In this document: piece after piece, positions 35,309 through 36,046 of the stretch | Position numbering within the stretch: position 1 is the stretch's first letter | Layout of the letters: every line of letters starts with the position of its first letter | IMG/VR virus record: IMGVR_UViG_3300027732_000064 | Location: 1 to 36,046 of that record | Direction: 5' to 3' (one strand) | DNA length: 36,046 nt | Source: a virus | Taxonomy: Duplodnaviria > Caudoviricetes | Notes under the pieces: model-generated | Databases searched by the model: none | Told to the model about the DNA's origin: nothing | Seen by the model: the letters and a program-made list of their open reading frames with translations, nothing else | Position numbers and translations under genes: made by a program

Positions 35309-35529
35309 TTGACATCACCAAGGCAAAGAACATAGCACATGACGCTAGACGTGCTGCTAGGTCTGCCGAATTTGCACCATTGGACATCAAGGCAACCATA
35401 CCGTCTGAGGCAGCGGCAGCAGAAGCAGCCCGTGCGGTTGTTCGTACCAAATACGCTGAGATGCAGAGTGCCATTGATGCTGCTACAACACCTACTGAAA
35501 TCAAGGCAGCAATGCCAACAGGAGTCTAA
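35290..35529 (+). CDS. Fibre-assembly chaperone-like protein (C-half)
   Basis: IDITKAKNIAHD.RR.AR..EF.PLD; start 35290 or 35296 after GAGGAG. Confidence 0.7.
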   Translation: MDMGIVIDITKAKNIAHDARRAARSAEFAPLDIKATIPSEAAAAEAARAVVRTKYAEMQSAIDAATTPTEIKAAMPTGV

Positions 35530-35531
35530 AC

Positions 35532-36046
35532 ATGGGAGTTAAACTCGCAGCGGCAAGCGGTGGAAGCATCGAACTTGTCCCAACAAACACAGCTAGTAAC
35601 TTTACGGTAACAGTACCTGCGGTGACAGCAACTATGCTGACAACGGTTACGGCTGGCGTGCCTATCAACGGCCCTGCGTTTAGGGCATATTTACCCACAG
35701 TAAACCAATCTATCACTGCTGGAGTCAATACAAAAGTGGCGTTAAGTGCAGAAACATTTGACACTAACAACAACTTTGACTCAACTACAAATTACAGGTT
35801 TACTCCAACAGTAGCTGGTTATTATTTTGTGCATGGCATTATTTTTCATTCCGCTCTCGGAACACGACCTTCCGCTGCTCAGACAATGATTTATAAAAAC
35901 GGCGTAATAGCTGCTTCAAGCATATTGAACATTGCAACCGCAAATCAATTAGTTGTGTCCGTTGAGGTGTCTTCCATGTTTTCTATGAACGGAAGCACAG
36001 ATTATTTAGAGTTATACGGTAGCCAAACAGGGGGATCGTCCAATCT
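35532..36046 (+). CDS. Second C1q-like short fibre/adhesin, 3'-partial
   Basis: Not in the track (open end); AGGAG SD; MGVKLAAASGGSIELVPTNTASNFTVTVPAV...GPAFRAYLPTVNQSI... Confidence 0.85.
   Translation, partial: MGVKLAAASGGSIELVPTNTASNFTVTVPAVTATMLTTVTAGVPINGPAFRAYLPTVNQSITAGVNTKVALSAETFDTNNNFDSTTNYRFTPTVAGYYFVHGIIFHSALGTRPSAAQTMIYKNGVIAASSILNIATANQLVVSVEVSSMFSMNGSTDYLELYGSQTGGSSN
35679..36046 (+). repeat. 368-bp direct repeat, copy 2 (runs off the window)
   Basis: Matches 33669-34036 with 7 mismatches. Confidence 0.97.

Larger units (their letters stand above)
1..36046. mobile_element. Near-complete podovirus-like tailed phage genome, opened in the tail-fibre region
   Basis: TerS, TerL, portal, scaffold, capsid, adaptor, nozzle, ejection, lysis and replication genes are all present, with no host housekeeping genes; both ends lie in fibre genes. 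Confidence 0.95.

Noticed and set aside
33669-36046. Diversity-generating retroelement (TR/VR pair)
   Set aside because: No reverse transcriptase or Avd in the window; 3 of 7 mismatches have no adenine in either copy, and the adenines are split between copies; both copies are coding. It could only be revived if the missing segment holds a TR and RT
1-36046. Terminal repeat or complete circular genome
   Set aside because: The window start and end do not overlap and lie in different fibre genes, so a segment is missing

Overview
The whole window is a near-complete genome (about 36 kb) of a tailed dsDNA phage with podovirus-type architecture (P22/SU10-like portal, capsid, adaptor, nozzle and ejection proteins). 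The gene set resembles uncultured freshwater phages, and a betaproteobacterial host is only an inference. The contig is opened inside the tail-fibre region, since both ends are partial fibre genes. Order: fibre end and chaperone; lysis cassette with an inserted HNH endonuclease; nozzle and five internal-virion/ejection genes; a leftward early operon of small ORFs; a divergent control region; Cro-like HTH, RuvC-like resolvase, Cas4-like exonuclease, SSB-like protein and primase-helicase; an iteron/palindrome origin; TerS and TerL; a head module with two glycosyltransferases and a methyltransferase; and an array of short adhesin genes. I found no integrase, CI-type repressor, DNA polymerase, reverse transcriptase, tRNA or CRISPR array. 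Best leads: (1) a two-hairpin small RNA of about 60 nt whose exposed segments are antisense to the translation-initiation regions of the first two early genes; (2) a 98% identical duplicated C1q-like domain on two different N-termini with mostly non-synonymous changes; (3) a compositionally distinct C-terminal module on the last ejection protein with a convergent small partner gene; (4) a 16-bp operator recurring at four regulatory sites; (5) DnaA boxes at the TerS/TerL junction. All family assignments come from motif recognition by eye, not from database searches.
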